Below are positions 10,805 through 21,563 of a stretch of DNA of 64,000 nt, piece by piece. Each line of letters opens with the position of its first letter. The first letter of the stretch is position 1. The stretch spans positions 310,001-374,000 of the forward strand of contig CDRNVI010000144.1 of NCBI GenBank assembly GCA_977017575.1. The letters are read 5' to 3'. This DNA is from Paramoeba atlantica (lineage: Eukaryota > Protista > Discosea). The notes beneath the pieces were generated by a model. That model saw nothing but the letters and a program-made list of their open reading frames with translations, was not told the origin of the DNA and searched no databases. The translations under genes were made by a program, and so were the position numbers.

Positions 10805-13346
10805 AAAAAGAAAAGAAAAAAACAAGAAAAAAAAAGAAAAAAGAAAAAAACTGTGAAGAAAAAGGATCTTTTTTGATACGTGATTTCACTCTTTTTCTAA
10901 TTCAACGACTTCACTGTCTTAAAAGGAAAGAAAGAGAAGGAAAGAAAAGAAAAGAGAAAGAGAAAGAGGGGAAAGAGGAGAAAAGAGAAGGGGGAGAAGA
11001 TTAAAAAGAGGAAAGATAAAAGGTAAAAAAGACAAAAACAAAAGATAAAAGAAAAGAAAAAAAAAGAAAAAAAAGGAAAAACACACAAAACAAAAGAAAA
11101 AAAGAAAAAAAACAAAAAACAAAAGAAAAAAAAGAAAAGAAAAAGAAAAAAAAAAAGAAAAATAGAAAAAAAAAAGAAAAAGAAAGAAAAAAGGAAAAAG
11201 GAAAAAAAAAAAAAGAAAAAAGAAAAAAGAAAAAAAAGAAAAAAAAGAAAAAAAGAAAAAAAGAAAGAAAAAGAAAAAGAAAAAAAGGAAAAAAATACAT
11301 TTGAACAAGATTCGTGAGTTGGGTGGTCCTGTGAATGAATTCTTACTGAAATACCTACAAAGAGAAAAGAAAGAAAGAAGAAAGAAAGAAAAAAGAAAGA
11401 AAGAAAGAAGAGGGAAAGAAAAGAAATAAGAGTTAAAAAGGAAAAAAGAAAAAAAAAATAATAAAAATAATAAAAATAATAAAAAATAATAATAAAATAA
11501 ATAAAAAAATAAAATAAATAAAATAAATTAAAAAAAATAAAAAAAAATAAAAAAATAAAAAACATCCAAGTCAAATTGGAGAGTTGTCCAAATTCAGTAG
11601 GCAAAGTCCCCGTGAAGTTATTAGAAACAATGTCTCTAATAATATTATGAAAGGGAGAGAGAGAAAGAGAGAGAGAGGAGAGAGAGAGAGAAGAAAGAGA
11701 GAAAGAGAGAGAGAAAAGTGAGAGAGAAAAGAGAGAGAAAGAAAGAAAAAAAAAATCATCAGAAGAATAATTTATTCAAAAAATAATCAGAAAAAAAAAG
11801 AAAAAAAAGAAAAAAAGAAAAAAAGAAAAAAAGAAAGAAAAAAGAAAAAAAAAGAAAAAAAAAGAAAAAAAAAACATTTGAAGAAGATCAGAGAGTTGTG
11901 CAAATTCAACAGGCATTGCCCCTGAAAAGAAATTCCCTTCCAGTGATCTGATAAAATCAAAAATAATTTCAATAAAAATGAAAGAAACGAAAAGATAAAA
12001 AAAAAGAAAGAAAAAGAAAAAAAGAAAAAAGATAAAAAAGAAAAAGAAAAAAAATAAAAAAGAAAAAAAGAAAAAGAAAAAAAGAAAAAGAAAAGAAAAA
12101 GAAAAAGAAAAAGAAAAAGAAAAAGAAAAAAAAAGAAAAAAGAAAAAATTACAAGTCAGTGAAAGAACGAAGTTTTGAAATTTTGTCCAAGATTTTTTCT
12201 CCTTTCAGTCGATTGACTCCTAAAAAAGAAAGAAAGAAAAGAGAAGAGAAAAGAGAAGAAAAGAGAAGAAAAGAGAAGAAAAGAAAAGAGAAGAGAAGAG
12301 AAGAAGAGAAGAGAAGAGAAGAGAAGAGAAGAGAAGAGAAGAGAAGAGAAGAGAAGAGAAGAGAAGAGAAGAGAAGAGAAGAGAAGAGAAGAGAAGAGAA
12401 GAGAAGAGAAGAGAAAAAGAAAGGAAAGGAAAAGAAAGAAAAGGAAAAGAAAGAAAAGGAAAAGAAAAAAGAAAGAAAAGAAAATGATAAAATTATTAAA
12501 AGAATAATAAAAGAAAGAAAAAAATAAAATAATAAAATAAAAAAATAATAAAATAATAAAAATAATAAAAATAAAAATAAAATAAAATAAAAATAAAAAT
12601 AAAATAAAAATAAAATCAAAAATCAAAAATCAAAATAAAATAAAAAAATAAAATAAAAAAATAAAAATAAAAATAAAAATAAAAATAAAAAAAAAACATA
12701 ATTAGGCATGAAGATTTTCAATTTCTGATGGAACAGTCCCTCTGCCAGAAAGATCTCTAGAAAGAGAAGAGAGAGAAGAGAGAGAGGGAGAGGGAGAGAA
12801 AAGGGGAGAGAGAAAGAGAGAAGAAAGAAAAAGTTAAAAGAAAAAGAAAAAAAGAGAGAGAAAAGTTAAAAGAAAAGAAAGAAAAAGACAAAGAAAAGAA
12901 AGAAAAAAAAAAAGAAAAAAAAAAGAAAAAAAAAAGAAAAAAAAAAGAAAAAAAAAAGAAAAAGAAACAAATAAAACAAGAGAAGAAAGAACTCCAATTT
13001 CAGTTGGTCCCACCTAAGACAGTTGTCCGCCAAAAGCCTTTTTTAACAAATAATAGAAAGAGAGAAGAGAAAGAGTAGAAGAGAGAAGAGAGAAGAGAGA
13101 GAGAAAGAGAAATCAGAAGAGAAAGAGAAAGAAGAGAAGCAAAAAAAAAAAAAAAAACAAGAGACTCTGGATGGGGGGTTGTGGTGTTACCCTCCTCTCC
13201 AAGAACCCCCCCCCCCCCCCCCCTTTTGGGAACACCACTCTCACTCTCACTCTCACTCTCTCTCTCCGGAACTCCCTCTCCTTCATCCTCTCTCTCCTCT
13301 CTCTCCTCAAAAAAAACCAGTTGGACCTGAAATAGAGGTCCATCAT
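9540..13346 (-). pseudogene. Multi-exon LRR receptor(-kinase)-like gene, copy A, decayed
   Basis: 72-nt GT-AG exons each encoding one plant-type LRR, e.g. 11564-11635 (DIVSNNFTGTLPTEFGQLSNLTW) and 11876-11947 (SLEGNFFSGAMPVEFAQLSDLLQ). Other exons carry deletions or stops. Downstream exon EIEKSEI resembles the start of a TKL kinase domain (weak). Confidence 0.7.
12290..12415. repeat. (GAAGA)n pentanucleotide microsatellite (intronic); related GA-rich arrays at ~42775-42880 and ~52130-52240
   Basis: Direct reading of tandem repeats. Confidence 0.9.
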
Positions 13347-13862
13347 TTCCTGTTTTTTTTTTTTTTTTTTTTCTGTGGGGTTTGTGGTTTTTTCTCTTTC
13401 TCTCTTTTTCTCTTCTTCTCAGTCACTCTTCTCTTTTCTTTTGGTGGTTGTGATCTCTTTCTTTCTGTTTTTTTTTTTTCACATCCTTTTCTTTTCCTTT
13501 TTTACTTCTTTCTTGTTCTTTCTTTCTTCTTCAAGACCATCACTCTCTCTTTCCTTGATTTGTTTTTTGTTTTCCGTTTTATGTTTTTCCTTTCAGTCCC
13601 GCCCTAAAACAAGTTTTTTATTCTGAGAAAAGAGAGTTAAAACAAGAAGAGAGATCACAAAGAAATTCTTTGACAAACCTTTGTCCACAAACAAAATTGA
13701 GGTTTTTTCTTTTCTCTTCTTTTCCTCTCTTTTCCTTTCTCTCTTCTTTCTTTTCTCTTTTTCTTTTTTCTCTTCTTTCTTTTCTCTTCTCTTTTCTCTT
13801 TTCTTTTTTGTTAATTTTGGGTAATTGGATTGATAAAAAGGAGAAAAAAAAGAAGAGAAAAT

Positions 13863-13981
13863 GTCTTCGGTCATACCCAGTTGAAAGCACCCGATCCCAT
13901 CAGAACTCGGAAGTTAAGCAGCTGTGGGCTCGGTTAGTAGAATGGTGGGTGACCACATTCGAATCCCGAGTGCTGAAGACC
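13863..13981 (+). rRNA. 5S rRNA gene, copy 1
   Basis: 119 nt. The 5' GTCTTCGG pairs with the 3' CTGAAGAC. Contains conserved CCGATCCCATCAGAACTCGGAAGTTAAGC and GGTTAGTA motifs, followed by T-runs (Pol III terminator). Confidence 0.97.
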
Positions 13982-14623
13982 TTCTCTTTTTCTCTTTTTC
14001 TTTTTCTTTCTTTTTCTTTCCCTTTTTTTCTTTTTTTTTTTTTTCTTTTTCTTTTTTTCTTTCCCTTTTTTTTTAATTTTCTTTTTGTTGAAAAACAGGT
14101 CCGAGGAAAACACAAATTTGATTCTGGTTCAGTCTTTTTCTTGTTATTCTATTTGCAGATTGTGGTATGCCTCCACACAAATATTCGAGAGAAAATATTC
14201 AAAATAAGGAGGGTGTGTTTTGTTATTTTTGGTTCCCTCTTTTCTTGATCATTTCCCCCCAAAAGATGTTCCACAAAAAAAGCAAAAAAGAGTTTTGAAG
14301 GCATAGAATTATTATTATTACTCTCCGAGTTACGAATTTTCACAAATTAGCAACTCAGAGAGTATTACAAGAAGATATCCCTCCACAGTGGCCAACATCC
14401 CCTTTCATCTAAATTATGATTTTTAAGGAAGAAAAAGTAAGAGTTATTGGGAGACTTAAACAGAGAAAAGAAGGAAAAAAGGGAGAGTGTGTGTGTGTTG
14501 TTTGTTGTTTGACAAGATGCACCCCAACAATGTGAGAGAAAAGAATAAATAAATAAACCAAAAAAGTGGGATATTCAAAAAGAGAGATTTTATTTTGAAA
14601 GGATGATTTTGAAGATCTCCTTT

Positions 14624-15652
14624 CTATTTCCATCTTTTTTCCTTTGGGGGAGAAGAATTCTTTTTGGGAGAACCATGAGAGTAATGGGAATGTTTACAAC
14701 GACCATCTTTTCCTTTTCTCTTATTCACAAAAAACTTCTCATCCTTCTGTTCTTCTGATTGTTCTTCCACTTCAGTCAGGGCCAACCTCTCTGTGATTTC
14801 TTCCAAACGTTTCTTGAGAATAATTTCTGTTTCCATCATCTTTTTTGACTTCTTTTCTTTCACTTCAAGATTACAAAGTCTTCTTTCGATGTTTTGTTGT
14901 TGATTCTGAAGTTTTCTCAATTGTCCAAACGATCTTGGTTTACCACAATCTTCTTTTTCCTCTTCCTCTTCCTCTTCCTCTTCCTCTTGGACTGTCTCAT
15001 CAGACAATTCAGCTTCTTCAATATTCTCCTCCTCTTGTTTGATAGCAACAACAACTTCACTTTTCTCTTGACTTTTCAAATCAATAAGACTCTCTCGAAC
15101 TTGGGTTTTGTTTTCAGTCAACTGTTCCTTTCTTCGTTGAAGAGCCACAATCTTTTCTTCAAGAACATTGATCTGATCTGCCAGTTTCTTGTCACGCTTA
15201 CTGAGCATTTCAATCTTCTTCTCTCTCTTCTGTTGTTCCTTGAGTCTTTTCTGAGGGTTCTCAGAAACTGACTCATCATCAGTACTCTCATCACTCGCTT
15301 TCTCTTCATCATCATCATCCACTCGATTTTCAATCTCCTGATGACTCTTCACTGCTGTCACCATCTTGTTGTCCTTTTTGGGGAGAACAAACAAAGCGTC
15401 TTCCAAGTCTTGATTACGTTTCACAAAGACAACATCACACTCATCATTGAGATAGAACACTCGAACTGCAGCAGTCGAAGTTCCGTACACATCCTGGATC
15501 TTCCTTCGCAGACTTCGAAAGTCTTGAGCTTGAATAGAACACACTTCTCCATTCTCAGTGTTTCGAACTTCCCACTGCTGTTCTTCTTCTTCCTTCTCGA
15601 GGTTTTTTGATCGAACAACGATCGACGACATCAACTGAACTCTCATCACCAT
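14624..15652 (-). CDS. Intronless PB1-domain / coiled-coil protein, copy a (342 aa)
   Basis: Intact ORF. N-terminal FRSLRRKIQDVYG...VRVFYLNDECDVVFVKRNQDLEDAL matches the acidic OPCA motif of PB1. Long Glu/Lys coiled-coil. Two paralogs in the window. Confidence 0.75.
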   Translation of the reverse strand: MVMRVQLMSSIVVRSKNLEKEEEEQQWEVRNTENGEVCSIQAQDFRSLRRKIQDVYGTSTAAVRVFYLNDECDVVFVKRNQDLEDALFVLPKKDNKMVTAVKSHQEIENRVDDDDEEKASDESTDDESVSENPQKRLKEQQKREKKIEMLSKRDKKLADQINVLEEKIVALQRRKEQLTENKTQVRESLIDLKSQEKSEVVVAIKQEEENIEEAELSDETVQEEEEEEEEEEKEDCGKPRSFGQLRKLQNQQQNIERRLCNLEVKEKKSKKMMETEIILKKRLEEITERLALTEVEEQSEEQKDEKFFVNKRKGKDGRCKHSHYSHGSPKKNSSPPKEKRWK

Positions 15653-17419
15653 GTTGGATTGTTGTTTTTCTGTTTCAAGTTATCCAGAAAAAGAAATGTT
15701 TTGAATTAAAAACAAAACCTAAGAGAAGAAGTGGTTGCGTTTGTTGTCGTTCATGGAAGGGGATAAGAGGAAGAGGGGGTGATGGTGAGAAGGAACACCA
15801 ACCCCACAAACCACAAAAAAAACAAAAAACAAAATCACCGAAAGCAACAAAACGCAGGGCGGGAGGTTCAATTCCCACAAAATTTTCCTTTTTTTTTTTA
15901 TTTTTTATTTTTTTTTATTCAGTGAAGGTGTTGGGCGGACTTGGACAAAACTTTTTCAAAACGACGAAAAAAGAGGTTGGGAGTGGTTGTCTTCGAAAAA
16001 TGAGAAACCACACCCAATGGATACTTCACTGAACTGAGCCGAAAAGGAAGAAAGAACACCGACCTTGAAGTTAAAAGAAAAAAAAGAAAACAGATTTTCA
16101 AAAAAGAGTGATCAAAGAAAAAAAAGAGAGAAAAAAAAGAAAACAACCAACTTGTTTCTTTTTTCCTTTTTCAAGAGAGAGAGAGGCAAGAGGGGTTTGA
16201 AATTGAGCGAATTGGGAATGGCGTGGGGGGCAATTGGGTTATCCACACCAAAAAGACAAAAGGTTATTCTTTTCTTTTCTTTTCTTTTTTAAATCTTTTT
16301 GTTTGTCATGTTTTGTCATGTGGTTATATCTTGTGAGTGTGGTGTGTGATGTGATGTGATGTTTGTTGTTTTCGGCTTTTGGGATTGGGGTTGGGGATTG
16401 GTTGGTTTTTCTCCTTTTAGTTTCCCTCCTTTTTTTTAATCTTTTTCTTCTCTTTTTCACTTTGTTTTTTTCTTTCTTTCTCTCTTTCTTCTTTTTTTCT
16501 CTTTTTTTTCTTTGACTTTGGTGTTTGGGATTTTTGAATTCTTCATTTTTCCTTTGTCTCTCCTTTCTCCCTTTCTCCTTTTTTTTCTTTACTTTTTTTC
16601 TTTTCTTATTTTTTTTCTATCTTTTAAAAGAATTCTAATACCAATATTCTTTTCTCTTCAGGTTTTACATTCCATGAATTGACCACTACAACCAATCTAT
16701 TTTTGCACATCTCAAAATGTTGAGGCGATTTCTTTATCAGATCTAAGAGAAAAAAAAGAGTTGGAATTCTTGTTTGACGTGTTTCTTGGGTCTCTATAGC
16801 CAAGTCTGAGAGAGTTAAAGAGTTATATTGTAGGGCTGTCTGACTAAGTATCCAAAGAGAACCACTTTGATCACTTTTTCATATGGTTTGTTAACTTTTT
16901 TTTATTTTTATTTTTATTTTTAGTTGATTGTGTTTTTTTAGTCTGTTTTTTTTTGTTGTTGTTGATATCCTCTTTTCTTTTTTTTTTGTTCTATTTTTTT
17001 TTTCTCATCTCTCTTCTCACACTCAAGTTCATCTTATAACACAGGTGATCTTGCTATATTGTTCAGGGTTAAGTGTTAGTAATTTATTGGGGTGTTTTGT
17101 TTTGCAACATTCAAAGTTTTTGAGATTGTGAGATGTTTGTAAAAGAATCTCATTTTTGGGCAAATGATCAGGGAAGATGATGGAGATTGCAGAGCAAAGA
17201 GAAAAACAAAGGAGCAAAAAGATAAAACTGGAATCAAAATGTTATCTTCTTTTTTTTTTTTCTTTTCTTTACTTTTTCTTTTTCTTCTGTCTTTTCCTTT
17301 TTTTCTTTATTCTTTCTTTATTCTTTCTTTATTCTTTCTTTTTTCCTTTTTCCTTTGAGGTAAACCTGATTTTTTTTTTGGTTCAAAATAAACCTGCAGA
17401 AGAAGAGGCTGGATGAATT

Positions 17420-19140
17420 TCTTTTTCAGATTCGCCCTTGGTGAAGGAGACTCATGAGGGTGATTCTTGCAATAATGTTTGATTAAATCAGGAGCAGAGA
17501 TGGTGTCTGATAGCTTTTCCAACACAGTAGTCCTTCTATTAAAGTGTTCCATCCTCATCAATGTGGTGTTCATGAATCTCTTTCACTTTGTAATTGTAAT
17601 CATCTCTGTGGTTAAAATCATCCATTTTATTCAATTCAAGGACACATGCAGGAGGGGTTGGTTTTGTATTTGTCCTTCTTCATAATTAACAGAGATCTCA
17701 TATATCTTTACTTTTAATTCCTTTAGGTGCATAATATTTTTGTGGCACATGTTCTGTTGTTCTAGATTGAAATGATCAGCAGAAGTGGTGACTGCTATTT
17801 CTCGTCGATATGCCTCTGTTGTATCCAATACCATTGATGGATGTCTACCAAAGTGAATGAAGAATGAAGTGAAGAGGAATTAGGAGATCCCAATCATCTT
17901 CAATGATCATGGATGGATATATATATATGCTTAAATGATCTTGATTTGCCAAATCAGCCATGAAGCTGGTTTGAGAATTCAAAGCCATTGTTAGGGTTAT
18001 AATTTTGATAGGCATAGAGTTGATGCAGGTGTGTATTGCATAAAGCAATTTCTGCAATTGTTTTTGCATTTCTGTGGCTGGGAGATTGGGTAGATTTGGA
18101 TGGATCCATCGAAATTGTCACAATTACAGGCAAAAGTGAATCCTTGTATGATGGTATTTTGGTCCAGGGGGTGCAGGCAGTGGCCCAGGAGGATATGGAG
18201 TAAAGAAGAGGTTTGAGTCTTGCTCCTCTCATTCCTTTTTTTGTTTTTTTTGTTGTTGTCTTGACATTCCAAACAGTTTTGGCAAAAGGAGTAAATGTAT
18301 GGGTATATGATTTAGGAAAAACAGAATGATGAGTCAGAGACTGCTTGATCCAAAGCGCTTCTCAAACTTTCTGTGACCACCATTTAGTATTTCACCCCAA
18401 AAGTGATTGAGGTAGGACTGCTGGAGGCAACCCTCTTTCTCTTTAGGGTTACATTTCAGCCACTTTTCTGAGGATTCCTGCTGGGTCTATCCAGAATTTG
18501 TGGGTTTTTGTTTGAAGCATTTTTTGATTGTTTCTTTAGAGGAAGAATTCCACACAGATGATAGTTGATTATTTTAGTGCAGAAGGAATATCATCTTGCT
18601 ATGCTTGAGCAAAAGGCTTGGTAATTCAACTGATTTGGGAATTGGTCTCCCCCTCAAGTGTGTGAATTGATTTTAAGAGGGTGTTAAACATTTGAACATC
18701 TGGGATGCTCTTGTCTTGTTCCTCTTTTTTTGGTTGGTTTTTGCCATAAGATCATTTTGTTTGTCAAGAATATCTTGTATTTGGCAGCAAAAGTGAATGT
18801 CTCTGTTAACTGCTCTGGTTTTCTTTGTATCATATGTGATATTTTGTGTCAGCTGAGCACATCAGAGGAATTGCTATTTGTCTTCCTGGCTTGTGGATTA
18901 CTTTGACATTGTATTTCATGATTCTTGTGCAATTTAGTCTCAAAATATTGTGTGGTCTGTGGGTTTTTTTTTCGGATTTGAATACTCTTGAGAGAGCTGG
19001 GACAATGCCTCTATGCACTTCAAATCAACAGGTGGCCTTGGGTAGAAGTATTCCCTCCAGCCTCATATGGGTTTGGTTTGATTTGAGTTATGTTGTGCAA
19101 TGGGTTTCAAAATGGATGTTGTATGCAGTGAATTGAGAAT
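17420..19140 (-). pseudogene. Ty3/gypsy pol relic: RNase H, integrase, chromodomain-like tail
   Basis: MKYNVKVIHKPGRQ (RNase H end). GGH...CQNCLECQ (integrase zinc finger). LKPLL...PWTKI...ISMD...AKTIAEIAL...NNGFEFSNQL (integrase core). APDLIKHY near 17480. Many stops and frameshifts; CpG-poor. Confidence 0.8.
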
Positions 19141-19145
19141 CATAT

Positions 19146-19260
19146 TGTAGAAGTTGTAAAGTAAAAGGACAAGGGAAAAACCACAAAACATGGAAAGCCC
19201 TTGGATGAGGGAAAACTGGAATGTGAGCATAGTGCAAAAAACCTCCAGGAATGAGAATAG
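19146..19260 (-). repeat. LTR-like segment homologous to 353-480
   Basis: See 353-480. Lies immediately 3' of the copia RNase H on the minus strand. Confidence 0.55.
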
Positions 19261-19329
19261 TTGAATATGTGAGGAAGAGAGAGAGAGAGAGGATATTGAG
19301 TATGCAGGCTAAATGGGCAGATCTGAGAC

Positions 19330-20760
19330 TGAGAGTGAACTTCTATGTTTTCAGAAAGGGTTGTCCATTTAATGCTTTGGTCAGGATGTGTGCACAGTTT
19401 GTTAGTAAGAAGTAGATTCAAAAGAAATGACCTTTGTATCATGTGCATAGTGGAGATCAAAGTAGTGGTGGGGAAGGATATGTCAGCTTCCTTTTGTAGT
19501 CTGGGGATTTGTTATTTGTGCTTCATTGTCTGTGTGTGAAAGGGAATGGGTCAAGTGTAGTTGTCATCAGTGTGTTCAAGAAGGAATGAGGCCCATCATC
19601 TCTGGTACTATCCAAACATTTTGATCCAGCAATATAATCTCAGTATGTTGAGTGCTCTTTGGGAATGGTTTTGGAGAGAGAGGAATGCCATATATGCCCA
19701 GCAACAATCATGTTCAGTTTCATACAATAGCCAAGGGATGATTTTCCAGTGTTGAGATCCAAGTTGTAGGAGGCCTCTGAGTGAACATTGAGAGTGATGT
19801 CAGATGTTTTCAGTTTGTAGAGCAATCCCATCCATTTTGTTCCCTTCAAATATTTGACCACTTGTTTCAGGTGTTTCTAGTGAGACTTCCCTGGGTTTGA
19901 GGTGTATTGAGAGAGAGAGATCACAGAGTAGAGAATATTGGGATGTGTGGCCATTGTAAAATGTATAAAAGTGTTTGCCAATAATGGTGGATTGATAAGG
20001 GATGTTCTTTATATCCTCAAGTTCAGTAGTATTTCTAGTACAATGTTCTTTATGAGGTTGATATCCAAAGGAAGTGTGGGTATTCTGTGTTTCTGGTGTG
20101 TTGGCAAACCAAGAGAGTTCAAGAGGTTTTTAATTATAGCAGTTTGGGAGAGGAAGTAGAATCCATCTTTGCAGATTTGGAAGGAGATACTGAATGTGTA
20201 AGAAACTTGCTTGAAAGTTTTAACTTGGAATTCTTTGTGAAGCTATGCAAGAGTCTTTGTGGTGTGGTTGTTGTTAGGACCAGTAATAAAGATGTCATTG
20301 TGACCCAGAGAGCAATAATTGATCCATTGGTGTGATGGTATATAGAGCAAGTTTGTTTGAAGAAGAAATATAATCAATCAATTTGAGATACTTGTTAAAA
20401 CAGATGTTCCATACTCTTCCAGCATTTGAGGCTTTGTAAAGTACAACAACATTACCATCTTTTCCAAGAGAATCTCCATTGATTTTGTTCCAGTGTAGAA
20501 AAGAGGTAAATGAGTGAAAACAAGTTTTTCCATTTTTCTTTATTCAGATAAGTATTTTTTTTTGTATAGCAAGAGCAATAAGCATCCAGATACTTTCAAG
20601 GTGGGTACAGGGAGAAAATATCTTGTTGTAATAATGGATTCTCTTCTTTCATATGATATTTTTGAAGAACAAGTTAAACCTTCCATTGAGCAATATTACT
20701 AAAAACATTGCAATTCAAAAAAAACCTTTTGTTGTGTTTTATCAAAGATTTTTTTTTTCT
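19330..20760 (-). pseudogene. Ty1/copia pol relic (RT and RNase H)
   Basis: VVLYKA...AGRVWN, IALWV(D)xDIFITG (YVDD region), VKYLKGTKWMGLLY...HSEASY...KSSLGY, and AHILTKAL are copia RT/RNase H signatures. Confidence 0.85.
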
Positions 20761-21416
20761 CTAGAGTTGGTTCTTGAAATACATTGAGTTGCTCAATTCC
20801 CCTGTGCTCTTTGTGTGAGATCTTAAAAAACTTTTTCTTCCTTTTCATTTTCTTTATATTTTCTTTTTCCCCACTAATTCTACCTCAACCTTCCACTCCA
20901 CCACCAAAATTGCTTCCAAACCCATCTCTTTCAATGCTTTTCTTCTTTATACAATGGATAGAAAATCTTCTTAACACTTCTACAACAATTAACTCTCTAG
21001 TGACTCTAATGTTGGGAATTTTTGATTGGTATTTCTTTATTTTGAAAAAGAAAAGCTTTGAAAGAAATGAACCTTGATTGGAATGAACATTTAAAAAAAA
21101 GAACTATATTTAACAATCTTTTTCTTCTTATTTTTATTTTTCTCTTTTTGAAACTTCCTCACTTTATCAATAATATTACAAATTCTTTAAAAATTTAATA
21201 TTTGTAATGATTTATTGTTTTCTTTGAAAAAAATTCTAAAAAATTAATACAAAAGAAATAATTGTAAAAAAGAAAAATAAAAAATTAAACTGATTTCATT
21301 AACTAGCTTGTTTTTTTGTTTTTTTAAAGATGAGTATGATAGTTTAGTTGTCCTTTTCTTCAATTTTTCATTTTTGAGGTCTCAAGTTCAATTCTTTTAA
21401 TTTTTCAATTCTTTTA

Positions 21417-21540
21417 ATTTTCCAATTTTTCAATTTTCCAATTTTCCAATTTTCCAATTTTCCAATTTTCCAATTTTCCAATTTTCCAATTTTCCAATTT
21501 TCCAGTTTTCCAGTTTTTTAGTTTTTTAGTTTTCTAATTT
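21417..21540. repeat. Octamer array (ATTTTCCA)9 with degenerating flanks at the left edge of the satellite
   Basis: Nine exact copies at 21433-21504, then GTTTTCCA, GTTTTTTA x2 and GTTTTCTA. Confidence 0.9.
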
Positions 21541-21563
21541 TTTTTTATAAATAGATTTAATAA

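Noticed and set aside
6871-13000. Many long Phe/Leu/Ser-rich or Lys/Glu/Arg-rich ORFs (also at 43-45.8 kb, 50-53 kb, 55 kb, 57.6-58.9 kb and 63 kb)
   Set aside because: They are translations of A/G- or T/C-only low-complexity introns and spacers, open in several frames at once because stop codons cannot form.
14087-14420. Spliced-leader RNA or snRNA linked to the 5S gene
   Set aside because: No convincing Sm site or SL structure was recognised. The conserved segments fit small GT-AG-bounded exons better.
16260-17260. Possible plus-strand multi-exon gene
   Set aside because: Exon-like islands with GT-AG borders exist, but I could not build a consistent frame or recognise a domain.
21433-21504. 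Canonical interstitial telomere
   Set aside because: The unit (TGGAAAAT on the other strand) is not a known G-rich telomere repeat, and the species' telomere sequence is unknown. Kept only as a low-interest finding.
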